Part shown: piece after piece, positions 51,150 to 63,847 of the stretch
Layout of the letters: each line of letters starts with the position of its first letter
How positions within the stretch are numbered: position 1 is the first letter of the stretch
Source of the DNA: Camelus dromedarius
Taxonomy: Eukaryota
Reading direction: 5' to 3'
Length of the DNA: 64,000 bases
NCBI RefSeq assembly: GCF_036321535.1
Contig: NC_087437.1
Coordinates: forward strand, 102,116,001-102,180,000
The notes under the pieces: model-generated
The model's database searches: none
Told to the model about the DNA's origin: nothing
The model's input: the letters and a program-made list of their open reading frames with translations, nothing else
Made by a program: the position numbers and the translations under genes

Positions 51150-51600
51150 CTATTTTCTTAGATATTTATTTTAAAATACAAGAAAATTGTCTCTTGTCCC
51201 CATCTCCACCACCACCATTTAATTTTGGCCAAGCCACCATCACCTCTCAGCTCTATTATTGTAAGTGTCCCCTGAATTGTTTTTCTGCTCCTGAACCTGT
51301 TCTTATATTGTCTATTTGCTCCTGAACTTGTTCCAATGTTGTCTGTTTGCAAATTGCAGAATGCAGAATGATCCTTATGAAACAAATTTCAGTATGTCAC
51401 TCCTCTGCTTTAAGGATCCACAGTTAAACCACAGTTAAACCTAATCCTTTCAACCAAAGATTCTACCCCCATTATCTGTTTGACAGGTGCTCTTACTACT
51501 TCTCCATCTGCTCACACCTTTCAAGCCACACTAGCTTCCTTCCTTTCCTCAAACATGCCTTCACATGTTCACTTCAGGGTGTTTGCGGGGTGTTAGTTAA
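51150..51600 (+). mobile_element. L2 fragment
   Basis: ccaagccaccatcacctctcagct...atgtcactcctctgcttta...agccacactagcttccttcctttcctcaaacatgcc. Confidence 0.75.
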
Positions 51601-51954
51601 ACCCTTCTGTAATAGATGCTCGGATAAATAATTTTAATAAACTACTTCAAGTTCTTCATTTTTTAAAGAAGTACATTAGTAATGGTTTAAAAAATTGTGA
51701 GCAAAAAGTGGGATAGGGCAGAAAAATCATTTAGGTGATTATCTCAGTTATTGGAGGAAAGTGATAAGAATATGAACTAAGGTAGAAACAAATGATAGTG
51801 ACAGAGAAGAATAGACTTGACATATTTAGAAACTGGCCAGTTCTAAATGAGAAATAAAAGAGAAATGATTTAGAAGCTTGTATGGGCGACTGAAGGGATG
51901 ATCATGACATTAAATGAAATTGAGGATAAATAAAGAGCTTAGAAAGGGAGAACT

Positions 51955-51955
<1 letters not shown>

Positions 51956-52002
<47 letters not shown>

Positions 52003-52058
52003 TATATATAGTATAAGATGCCATCAATATATCCATTTTAAATAAAGTTATATCAATT

Positions 52059-52110
<52 letters not shown>

Positions 52111-52129
52111 TACATACATACATATATAT
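51956..52129. repeat. Paired (CA)n/(TA)n/(CATA)n microsatellites
   Basis: Two (CA)n runs, each followed by TA/CATA repeats, separated by about 50 bp. Confidence 0.95.
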
Positions 52130-52357
52130 CTGCCCTTCCTTAGCTGTCTGGCTTGAGAAAGTGGAGGTAACTCATTGAGCTGAGGACAGACAAACCTCAG
52201 CTACCTGGAGGCTCACTTCCTCTGCCTTTTTTTTAGCTCAGCAGCTGGCTCAGAAGGTCCAAGGTAGCTCAACTGAAAGAAAAAACAACAACAAAGCTGA
52301 AGACCTCTTAGATGAAGCTGCACAGATATTTCCAATACTCCTGACCCTAAAACCATT

Positions 52358-52556
52358 GGTAAGTACAAACTATTGGGTGTAAGATAGATGGCAAGAGTGT
52401 AGATAGGCTGCAAGGGTGTATCATACAACATGGGGAATAGACCCAATATTTTGTAGTAACTACAAATGTAATGTAATGTTCAAATATTGTATAAAATTTT
52501 TTAAAAGGAAGGAAGGAAGGAAGGAAGGAAGGAAGGAAATAAGAAAGGAAGGAAGG
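52358..52556 (+). mobile_element. Short L1 3' end with a (GGAA)n tail
   Basis: gtacaaactattgggtgtaagatag...tacaacatggggaatagacccaatattttgtagtaact; candidate TSD aaaccatt (52350-52357 / 52557-52564). Confidence 0.8.
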
Positions 52557-52959
52557 AAACCATTTTGAGCATTATGGGTATGAAGTCAAGCTCTGACAAA
52601 AGATTAGCCATCGTAAAGTCAGACTAGCCATGCCCAGTCCAAGCTGTGCAATAGATAATTTGGTTCATGGGGATTGCCATCACCCTATAATTCCCTGATT
52701 TAAGGCTTTCTCCAATAAACCTTCATCCTTCACGTGTCTCTTCCACTTTTTTTGTACACATTTTTAACTTTGTATATGACTAATCTATTTTTTTTTTGCA
52801 TCAAACTTTCCAGTTTTTATGTAGTCTTCTGCCTCCCTAATTTTGATTGCAGGCATTTAAAAAATCTTGAGGCTTGGACAATCTGACTCCATATTTCCAA
52901 ACAGGGAAACTTAATTGTCATTGAGATTTACTGAGGAGAATTTCAAGTAAAAATATACT

Positions 52960-53195
52960 TTAAAACCCTAGCTTAGAACACTAGGTTGTTGAATCATCAT
53001 GATTCTCTAGGGAGATATTTTGAAGAGACTAAGTTCCTCTAGTTATGCATTCTAGCTCTATAAATTACTAACTTTCAACAGTGAAGGGAGCTTGCCTCTA
53101 AAATGGATATATTGATGGCATCTTCTCACAGGACTACTTTGAGAGCCAACTAATATAATTTATGCAATGTTCATATATATTTCTTAGCATTCAAA
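52960..53195 (+). mobile_element. MIR fragment
   Basis: ttcctctagttatgcattctagctctataaat...gcatcttctcacaggactactttgagagccaactaatataatttatg. Confidence 0.45.
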
Positions 53196-54748
53196 AGTCT
53201 TATGTTTTGATACCAGTGAAACCACCACCACAATCAAGATAGCTAACACTTCCATCACTCCCCAAGAGGTGCAAATTCTGAATTCCCGATTGATTTCTTC
53301 CCACCCTGTTTACCCGCTAGTAACCAGATATCAAAATTCATCAAATTATACATCTGAAATATGTTTAGTTTACTGTACAGGAATCATACCACAATAAAGA
53401 TGTTAAAAAAATGTTCAATAGAGAGTAAAAAAACCACACACACACAAAGTCTTGTGTTTTATTGTTGTTGTTGTTGTTATTCTTGACTGAACTTTTTGAA
53501 GCCTGGAATTTAATCATAGCTATATTTCCGATACCTAATGCAAAGCATGGTAAAGACTGGGTTTTCAATATATATTTTTCTAATGAATTAACCATTTATC
53601 TATATCACTTGATTTCATTACTTTTTTTACTTCTAAAAGATTAGAGAAAACTGACATTGAAAAATTCAATGAAGTTTGAAGCATTACAGTCCTGATTATG
53701 CAGTAATATTTATCAAAGAGTAAAGAAAATAGTACCATGTTCAAATATTTACCTTTTTCTCTTATCAAATCTGTCAAATCTCCTTTATTTGTGCTCATTC
53801 TGTCATTTTCTTTTGTTAAATTGTCCCCTGCATCTGACTTCAAAGTTATAAAAATTATCTTTTAGTATATGATGAATATTAAAAGCCCCTTTTTTGTGTG
53901 TGTCCTCACTAAATGTCGTGAGAGAACACAATGTATACAAAGCTAAATAGAAATACACAGTTCTGGACTACATTTATCTTTATCTTCATGATAGAAGTAA
54001 TTTTAAAATAAATCTTTTGACCTACTACCATATATCTCTACTATTAATCAATTATATTGAAATTCCTCAATAATAATTGTATTTTATGTATATAACATTT
54101 ACATTAGAAATATTGATTTCTATTACCCATTAGTCAAGGTTTATATTTCATCATGTCTTTAATTTTATTTAATCTATGTTCTGATTCTTGGCCACCCAAA
54201 TTATAGGAATCATATTTATAGTATAACATGATGGTAAACAGAATATTCCATCTTAAAATTTATAAATATTTGGAAGCCATTAATTAAAGGCTGACAAATA
54301 ATTGTGCACAGCATAATACTCCTCTTTTTTTTTTTTCAGTCTAATCATTCACTTATTGTCCTTTTTAGGTCCCATCGTCAAGAGTAGGTTGCAGTTTGGA
54401 TCTGGGATATTTCTCAGATACAAAGTTTTCTAAATTTGTGTTGTTGAGATGAAATCTAAATGTAAATAATGGAAAGACAGGGTTCTAATTCTCACTGTCT
54501 TAATTCTGTTCCAATTGTAAAATTGAACATGAATACGAGTAAAGTTCACAAAAAATGTGCAGTAAATGCAGAGGATCAGAGAACGAAAACCAGTTACAAT
54601 TTCCTCCTGCTCCAGCCTTCTCAACTTGAATTGGGTGCCCAGGATATTGTTATTTTATTGTGTTCACACATTTTAAAATTCCAAAAATGTTCATTTTCTA
54701 AGTTAGAATATTTTCATTATTTTGAATTGAAGATTGCATAATGCTATT

Positions 54749-54853
54749 TTTTTTTAATTTTAATTTTTTGTTAATGGAAGTACTTGGAAATGAAACCAGA
54801 ATTTCATGCATGCTAAGCACAAGCTTTACCACTGAGCCACAACCCCCCAACCC
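54749..54853 (-). mobile_element. tRNA-Ala-derived SINE (Vic-1-like), older copy
   Basis: Poly-T then gaagtacttggaaatgaaaccag...catgcatgctaagcacaagctttaccactgagc; TSD tgcataatgctatt (54735-54748) / tgcataacactatt (54854-54867). Confidence 0.88.
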
Positions 54854-56539
54854 TGCATAACACTATTGATTTTAAAGGTTTGGCAGACAAGAGGAAAGAA
54901 ATATATAGAACATGCATATTGCTTTGATTTCATGTGAATTCTAGGAGGAATAATCCATAAAACCAATCATATTGTTAACTAAATTAGGAGCCATTCAAGT
55001 TAACCAGGCATTTCCTTCTACTTCCAAAAAGAATCAAAGTCCAAATACTGCCATAAAAATTGACCCAGTCAAACCATCACACATATGGTTTTATCAAAAC
55101 ATATTCTCTTCTGTAAGTGAAAATAACCTCCTTGTGAGAATAAAAATCCGAACAGAAACCCCATTCTTGATTATCTGCTAAAGCTACAAAAGCACTTATG
55201 GGCCATTCAACCATCAGTTGGCAGAGTTTTAGGGAAGTCCATTCCTGAAATGTATCTTTATTTCCTGATGTGCTTATTGCCAATGTTATTTTAACTGTTA
55301 GAGTTTCTTAAAGACATAAAAGCAGTTGGCTAGATGCTCTAAAGATGATGGCAGTAGCCTGCAGCTTATATAAACACTGTAGGGTCCATGGACATAGTTG
55401 CAATAAAGCGGAACATCAAAAACACTGCTTATATAAAACTTAATACACTCAGCCTGGAAGATACTTTTAAACATTTGCTAAAATTACTTTACAAGCAGGC
55501 ATGTTCACTATAAAAATCATTGTAATGGAGAAATAAAACAAGGATACAAAATAAAAAGAAAATTCTCCAAAACAATTCCATTTAAGCACCTAAACACCAA
55601 CTAGGGTTATCTTGATGCAACATACAGAGTTTCCTTATATGAAGATCTCATGTATAACCTTCTGGTATAGATAATTATCTTATTAAATTTAATGTTGTTC
55701 CTGATATGTTCTGTTTTTATAATCTCTAAAAGAGTCTCTGACCAATTTTCCTTCCAGATATGTGTGCTTGTGAATGTGTGTATGCAGTAGATTCTAAGTT
55801 AAGATTAGTCCATGTACCACACATACAAGCACATGTGCATGTATTTGTTAGCAGTTAATTTTACACAGGATGCAATGCTTATTACTGACTGGGCCTTATT
55901 CTGCAGGGTGGTGAGAAGCAGTCATATTGGAAGAAGAAAAGTTGTCAAATTAATGAACAGAAATTTATGATTAGTGAATTCAGATAAGACACCAAATTCA
56001 AACTTGCCTGGATATTTTTTCACTGAATTTCTGCTTTCTCATCACTTTCTATAAAAGGAAATTTGGAGGGAAACAGTATCCCCACAGGAACATGAACCCA
56101 CACTGCAAACCCAGTAGACAACATTAGCCAAGGACCTATTTCTGGGGGACAATTGGAAGATGAAGGTCCAGTGAAGTCTCTTGCTGACCCTGTTTTTGTG
56201 AGTTCTTGTTTTCCTCAGTGCAGCCTGCTTCTTACTGTGTTCAGCATAAAGTTGTGGAATTGACCTTGAACTTGATACCTGACAGATGGTAATCATGAAG
56301 GGGCCCACCTTATGCTATAGGCTGAAAAAACAAAAATGAATATATATTTGTGTGTGTATATATACACATTTCATTTCAAAGAGAATGCTTTACTAGCCTA
56401 TGGAAATGATAAATCCACATCTCCTAAGAAAATACTGGTCATTGTGTCTGGAAATGCCTGAAATAAAAATCATAGAATGCATGCTTGGCCTTCTACTTCT
56501 TATTATCATGTACAAAGCAAAAGAATATTATGTCATCTC

Positions 56540-57370
56540 TAAAATGGTAAATAAGCTCAGTAGCCTACAAAATATTTTTTAAGCTCATCAGATGACTTCC
56601 AATTTCAAGGCCACCTGGTGAAATTTAATCCAAAGAGTAAAGGTGATGACTCAAAGAAGAAGGGTGGAGAGACAGGGCAAATGAACTGGCTTAATTAGGC
56701 AGATATTGAGGGAGAAGAGGTGTCCATCATTGAAGCAGGAAATAAAGCAGCTGAAATTTTAACAAGTTCTTAAAAGTCTAGGCTAGCATGAGAGTTTACA
56801 ATCTCAGGAAGCACTAGAGAACACGGAAAGTCAGCAGCCATCCTCCAACTCATTTCTATAGTTCTCCACCAAGGATTCACAAGGGAGATTACTGGCAGGG
56901 CAAAATCCCTGAGGTTAAAGCCCCTCTGCAGTGTAGGTGTGCAGGGATTGCCAAAGGGGGAATCAGCAGAACCTAGAGAAAACTCTTTGCACACTGAAAC
57001 CAGTGTAAGTTCAACAATGTAGTGGTGGACTATGACAGGGAGAAAAACAGACAATATGTCTGTGTACCAGAAACTGTTCTGATACAAGGCAAGAGCCTCT
57101 GCTGCTGGAAGAGGGACAGGAAATGTGTTCACCTCCAGGACACTGAGTTGAGACAAAACACCTCTGCCACTGGAGGAGAGGCAAGAAACACCTGGCCTAA
57201 CCCCTGTACCTAGTAGAGGAAAGGTTGATTGTCACACCAAGAGAGTCAGGACTGCTGAGAAAGCCTCACCCCTGAGGTTTCTGTACCCAGGCCTTGCCTA
57301 AATCTAAGACTGAAGCAGGAGAATTGAGCAACCTCTCCACTCTAACCATGAGCCTGCCCTGAGTATCAGG
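56540..57370 (+). mobile_element. Old L1M 5'UTR-like region
   Basis: GC-richer block (aaacacctctgccactggaggagaggcaagaaac..., gagaaagcctcacccctgag) directly upstream of L1 ORF2 remnants. Confidence 0.6.
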
Positions 57371-57389
57371 AAACACACACACACAATAG

Positions 57390-57810
57390 AACAATGCCCT
57401 TCATGTAGACACATATAGAAATCCTTAGCACAATGTTAGCAAATACAATCCAATATTTAAAAGGGTAACACTCCATGATCAAGTAAGATATATCCCAGGA
57501 TTGTGTGCTTGGTTAACCATGTAATAATTAATATGCTATATTAACAGATTAAGGGTGTAAAATCATATGATCATTTAAATTGATACAGAAAAAACACTTG
57601 ATGAAATCTAAAATGCAAAAACTTTCTCCACTTCATAAAAGCATCTACGAAGAAGCTACAGCTGATTCATCTTTTAACACTGATTGCTTCTTCTACAGTG
57701 TTACAGACAAGACAAGAATGTCCTTTCTCACACAGAATTTTACTGGAAATCTGAGACAGTGCAATAAGACAAGAAGAAAAAGCATATTGGTTAGAATCAA
57801 GTAACTCTTT
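57390..57810 (+). mobile_element. Old L1 ORF2 RT fragment
   Basis: ccatgatcaagtaagatatatcccagga (HDQV.FIPG) and aatcatatgatcatttaaattgatacagaaaaaacacttgat (HMII.IDAEKAFD), decayed. Confidence 0.85.
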
Positions 57811-57854
57811 CTTGGAAGATAGGTGTGCACAGGAAATGGTTTAAAAAAGTCTCC

Positions 57855-58470
57855 AAGAGAACACAGCTTGGCAGTTTCTTGTAAAATGTAACATGCAGTT
57901 GCCGTAGGACCCAGTAATTCAATTTCTGGGAATTTATCCAAGAGAAATAAAACCTATGTTCACATAAAACCCTGTACGTAAATGTTTACCAATACACAAA
58001 TAAAGCTTTATTCAAAATAGCAAAAACCAGGAGACCATCCAGATGTCCTTCAATTGGTGAGTGGTTCAGCAAACTGTGGTTCATCCATACCTTGGAATAC
58101 TACTCAGGAACAAACATGAGTCAACTATCAATACTCACAAACTGGATCAGTCAAGAAATTACATGGAGAAGCTGATCTGAAAAGATTACATATCATTTCA
58201 CACACACAACATTCTTAAAATGACAAATCGTAGAAATAGAGAACAGATTGGTGGGTGTCAAGGATGGGAGGCGGGAGGCGTAGCTGTGGCAGGACTACTC
58301 TAGGGATTAGAGTTATTGTGCACCTTGGTTGCATCAATATTGTGACTCTAGATACAGTATTATAATTCTGCAATTTTGCAAAATGTTACCATTGGGGGAA
58401 ATTGGGTAAAAGGTACAAGATCTCTCTGTATTTATTTCTTATAACTGAATGTGAATCTATAATCATCTCA
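57855..58470 (+). mobile_element. L1MC/MD-type ORF2 end and 3'UTR
   Basis: ttggcagtttctt...gacccagtaattc...atgttcacataaaaccctgtac...atgttaccattgggggaaattgggtaaaaggtac...tgtgaatctataat. Confidence 0.88.
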
Positions 58471-60299
58471 AATTTACTTATACATCAACTTTCTAAGACT
58501 AGCCTTTTAAAAATAATGGCTGTCCCATCTCAAAATGTTCTAGAGTTTATTACATATTCAATTTTTTTTCCAAAATTTGAGGGTGCTTATTCCCTAGATA
58601 ATCACGTGTTCTTTTTAAACAGTTACTATTATTTATCATATAGCACTTCAGATTCCTTTAATGCATAGTTTCTGTTGCTCATACCACATAATTAAATATG
58701 GTAAATTTAGGTCAGATTGACTTCATTAAGCTATCCTTATTAGATACATTGCATTCTCATATCTATTTCAATATTACTATCAAATTAAATGCAATATTTT
58801 AAAAGAGATACTGCATCTTAATGTCTAAATTCTCATTTAAATGAAACAAATTGGCAAGTGATCAGCCTTCCATAATGCTTGTGTGAGCTAAAACTGTGAG
58901 CCTTCTGCCCCCAAATTTTAGTTATTTGAATATGTCTTACCTGTGACCAAGAAGAATGTATTTGCTCGCATTAAGGATCTTCCGGTGTTTTTTAGTGTGA
59001 TTATAGATGCCTTCAGCTACTTGGAACACAGAAACACTATTAAAATGGGGCAGAATAAACGTATTTTCATTAAATTAGCTTGTAGAAGCAAATTATCCAG
59101 AACTGAGTGTGGTTCTTGTTCATATAACCCAATATGAAACAGTAAGTGCACTCACTTCGGTGATGTAATGTAGAATACACCCCTTTTTTCAAATATTGCT
59201 TTTGAGAAGTGTTTTTTCCCCATATTTATAATGTTGGAATGTGTGTGTGTGTTTGCATGTGTGTGTGGCCCAGAGATTATTCAAATTATAAAACTACCTG
59301 AAGTTTAGTAACAATAGGCCTAAATGTCAGTAATTTTAACGGTATATATTTGTAAACACACACACATATATACGTATTTATATATATATAGCATACCCAT
59401 ATATACATACATAGTTTATTTACTGAAAATGTAAATTAATCAAACTATTTTGAAAATAATTGATACCACTTTGCAGAATTGCTCCTTAAGTCTGGCCCAA
59501 AGCAGTCACCTGCACATGCTTAAAACTTACTTGAAGTGGATATGGTATGGAAAATTAAGAAGTTTTAAATCTTTCCAGCTTATCCCCCAGTCTCATAAAC
59601 CAGGGGAGATGGATTGGATAATCTTTAATATTCTTCAAGGACAGCTTTTTTGGAAAAAGAAAAGTATCTTTTCTCAGCTCTATATCTAGTGCCCACTAAA
59701 TGGACAAAACCAAGAGAAAATTCTAGAAACACTTACTTTACTTTTATGAATATACTCCCACCCCATTTTAACATCACTAGCAAGGCCATTTGAAAAAGAT
59801 CTTGGAACCCCATTATGTTCCTGCATTTTAAATACTGTATAATTTTGCCAGGTTACTTAAAAACTATAAAATTATGATAATGGTCATGTCTCATGGCAGT
59901 TACAGTGATTGGAAGTCAAACTATGGTAAATTACTTACCCCAGTTTGTAGGAACAGAGGCTCATGGTAAATAGACATATTGGTCTCTTACTTTGTTTCAT
60001 TTTTCACATAGATATTCAGACATATTTGAGGAAATAAACTTGCCAAGTTCTTTGCTCTACATAAATATTACAAAGGAAAAAATTAGTATATATTTTAGTC
60101 AGATCTTCTACTGAAATATTTTCTGCTGAACTATTTAACATAAAGATATTATATATGCACTATTTTGTAGTATATGAGAGAGAAGTTTTAAAGTTTCTCC
60201 CTTTCAGAGCAATAAAATGTGAGCAGAAGGAAAGTGTATAATTTATAGGAAGAAACTTTCATCTAATACCCAGTTTAGCCCTGTCCATTTCCTCTACCC

Positions 60300-60485
60300 T
60301 GGAGAGACTGATACATCCCCAGTGTTGGGGCTCTGGTAGCCTGTATCCTTAAATGAGGATGACAGGAAACAGCCACTAGCTAAAATGTGAATGAAAATTT
60401 TGCAAAAAAACAATTTAACCTGTGTCGTGTGTGCCCTGAGACTGGAGGCTGTTTGCTGCTGCAGCACTTTCTAGATGAGCCTGAG
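60300..60485 (+). mobile_element. Old MLT1 LTR 3' fragment
   Basis: ccctgagactggaggctgtttgctgctgcagca. Confidence 0.5.
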
Positions 60486-60953
60486 GAGCTCACCTTGATG
60501 TCCCACGTTTGCATTGACTCGATTTTCCATTAGGGCTATAATTCTCTCGGGGCATTCTAACTAGTCTCTTCATTTTACATTCATAAAATAATGTATACCT
60601 ATTTTTTTAAACATTTATAGGTTCTAACTACCTGTGCTGAGTAGTTGGACATACTCTTTGGAAACTAAGAAAATAATTCTAAGGAAAAAAATTAAAATCC
60701 CATTCTACGTGAGCCTATACTTTTGCTAGTGACACACACACACACGGCAAAAAAACACTGATAGTTGTAAGAAGCCCATCTAAGCCCTGTATGTCCTATA
60801 TGTCTATGAATCATCATAAACTTACTAGTATCTTGCAAAGGAAACAGTCTCACCGATCCCTGTTTTGTTAGCGAGAAACAATTACACATTAACCTTTGGA
60901 CTGAAGATTACCACAATTATCATTGAAAACTGGAGGTAAATCTCTGGAGCTGA

Positions 60954-61360
60954 GACTTACAGTTTCAGCTCCAACATGTAAATAAATTGGAAGTGCTTGT
61001 TCTCATCCTTACAACAAGAAGCCAAACTGAAAAATCGACAACTCTTCTTGCATCCTTGTGTCCTGAGCTTGTGGGACAAACCATCTCCCCAAAATCTAGA
61101 GAGACAGGTAACCAAGGTCTGCTTATTGGAGCAAAAACTGCTGGAGGCATGAATGGAGAGAAGCACTTAACTAGCAATTCTGATGAATTGCTGGAGGCTG
61201 AGTGTGGACTAGAATGAGAGTGAGAAACAGCTTATGCCCCCTGACTTTCACAAGCTTTCCTCCAGGAACCCAGCCAGATGCTCATGGTGAGGACTTGAGA
61301 TCTGCACAGTAGTAGGGGAGAGGAAGAGCTATTGTGAAACATGCCCAGAGCCTGAGATCT
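60954..61360 (+). mobile_element. Old L1M 5' end fragment
   Basis: gacttacagtttcagctccaacatgtaa...catccttacaacaagaa...aactgaaaaatcgacaactcttctt...aaatctagagagacagg. Confidence 0.6.
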
Positions 61361-62304
61361 ACTTTACAGAGAAAATTATTTCATCACTACACAATTCTAA
61401 AATTTCATCCCAGTTGGATTTCTCCTTAGAGTAATTTTATTCCAGGGATGTGCCTTCCTGCAAGGTGTTTTATCAGGATCATGCAATTCATCTTAGCCAG
61501 ATTCCCTAAATTTGGCCCTCAGTGAGCAGGCATATGTCTGTTTCCTTTCAGAAGGCTCCTGGCTTCTGCTTAACAAGGAGGAGGCTTTACTAAGCACCCT
61601 CATCTCAGCACCACCACCCTGCATACACATAACTTACAAACACAGACATGCTTGCCAAAGTTCCCATTACTGACTTATTTTAAGGCTAGGTAATATGAAT
61701 AAGAGCATTTTATGTGACCATGATGGGACAAGGCTGTTCCTCCAGGTAAATTTCATGTAAATTTTAAAGACAAACTAGGAGCTGATTTTGTCTTTCTAAG
61801 AAGAAAAATTACATGCCTCATCAGGCCACTCATGAAAATTGGGTCAATTTATTTAGGGCTAATGGTTGGTGCCAAATTTGTTTTTTAATAATTCTACATT
61901 TACAACAAAGTGATTTGGCTTTATATTTTGTAGACTCTAAGACAATAAAAACATTATGTTTCTCAAAGTTAATTTATGTGTGGAACAGTTCAGTTAAATA
62001 AAGAAAAGGAGATTAAGGGGAGTCAGTGTCATACAGATAATGGAAATAACATTAGTACCTAAGAGAAATATGTTTTAAAAAAATTTAGTGGTCCAATGGT
62101 GAAAATGGAGAACATTGCTGCTTAAAGGATACACAGAAGAAAAGGAACTCATGATGGAGGCAAACAATGACATGGAGAATTAGGAGGCCAATGACATCTG
62201 AGAGGTGCAGAGATTTTTGATAAATTTAGTGACGGAGAATTCATTGAATTTATGGTGATAGAAACTTTATATATGTATAATATATATGTAAGTTATATAT
62301 ATAT

Positions 62305-62750
62305 ATTTTTATTGAAGTATAGTCAGTTTACAATGTTGTATCTGTTTCTGGTGTACAACACAATGCTTCAGTTATACATGAACATACATATATTCATTTT
62401 CATATTCTTTTTCACCATCAAGTTACTACAAAGTATTGAATATAGGTCCCTGTGCTATACAGTATGAACTTGATGTTTATCTATTTTATATATATTAGTA
62501 TCTGCAAATCTCGAACTCCCAAATTATCCTTTCCCACTCCCTTCCCCTGCTGGTAACCATAACTTTGTTTTCTATGTGAGTCTGCTTCTGTTTTGTAAGT
62601 AAGTTCATTTGTCTTTTTTTTTTTTTTTTTTAGATTCCACATATAAGTAATATCATGTGGTACTTTTCTTTCTCTTTCTGGCTTACTTCATTTAGAATGA
62701 CAATCTCCAGGTCCATCCATGTTGCTGCAAATGGTATTATTTTATTATTC
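62305..62750 (-). mobile_element. 5'-truncated L1 3'UTR (camelid/artiodactyl type)
   Basis: tttttattgaagtatagtcagtttacaatgttgt...tagattccacatataag...tccaggtccatccatgttgctgcaaatgg. Confidence 0.92.
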
Positions 62751-63179
62751 TGATGGATTGCTGAAGAAATACGACATGAAAAGTTTTAATAATTTTGGTA
62801 AATTGTGATTTGGAGAAAATCAAATTTATAGTAGAGAAAGAGAAATTAAATAATGTCCTATGACAACACAATATAAGAAGAAAAAGACACTAGGTTTGAT
62901 CTAGGTTTAGTGATTTATATGATAGTTGTAGTTGAAGGGTAAAGTTAGAGTGCAGTACACAAATTTAGTCAGAGGAGGTGAGGAATTTCTTATCTTTCAG
63001 TGACACTTTAGAATCTATTCTTGAGACGCATAAAGGAAGGATATGGGAAAAAAAGTTAATGGATTTGAGCTTACAATTTGGAAATAGTTCTTGACTGAGA
63101 CTGTTAGTTATCCACAATTATTTATTTATCTTTCTCTCTCTCAACCTCTCAGTCACTCTCTCCTTCTCTCCTGGGCACA

Positions 63180-63515
63180 TGGATTTTTAGCCTAATGTTC
63201 CATTCCTAAATCATGCTTGTTATCTGTGGCCATGTAACCAAGTCCAGGGCAGAGGTATGTGGATAGTACTGATATGTGCCATTTTGGTGCATGCTCTTAA
63301 AAGTGATACATACACACTCTTCTAGCCTTTTCTCCCTTCCTGTTTCTGAGAGATGTTGAAGACTGTTGCAACTTTCTTGGGCCTTGAGATGGAAGCTGCT
63401 CTCCCAGCTCTGAAACATGTCTGACACACAAAGCAACAGTAAACCTGTTTCTTGTTTAAGCCACAGTTAAAGGGGGCTACTTTGTAACAAAGGCACAACT
63501 CATACCCTTCTGATA
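63180..63515 (+). mobile_element. Old ERVL/MaLR LTR (LTR33/MLT1J-like)
   Basis: gtggccatgtaaccaagtcc...aaacctgtttcttgtttaagccac...ctttgtaacaaaggc. Confidence 0.65.
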
Positions 63516-63847
63516 AAGTTCTCATAAGGGCAGGACATTTTGATAATTCCATTAAGGTATTTCTTACTAAAATGCACAGAAATCTAACATCTAAACTAGA
63601 TTAAAATGTTCAAATGTAAGTTGTATGTTCAACAATATAATGTTCACAATCCAGTACTGTCCTCCAGTATGGGTCGAAATACCCATGACTAACCTTATGT
63701 TGCAAAATTGCACAGAAGGTTTTAAATTAAAAAAATCAAATGGCCATCAATTCTGGGTTGGTGAGTATTCCACCGAGTATAATTGTTGTTTTAACTACTT
63801 TGTTTGAGTATTATTGAAGAATTTTAGTGATGACTTGAACAAAGAAA

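Noticed and set aside
56770..57156. Longest ORF (128 aa) as a gene
   Set aside because: Antisense to an L1 5'UTR-like region and has no recognisable domain.
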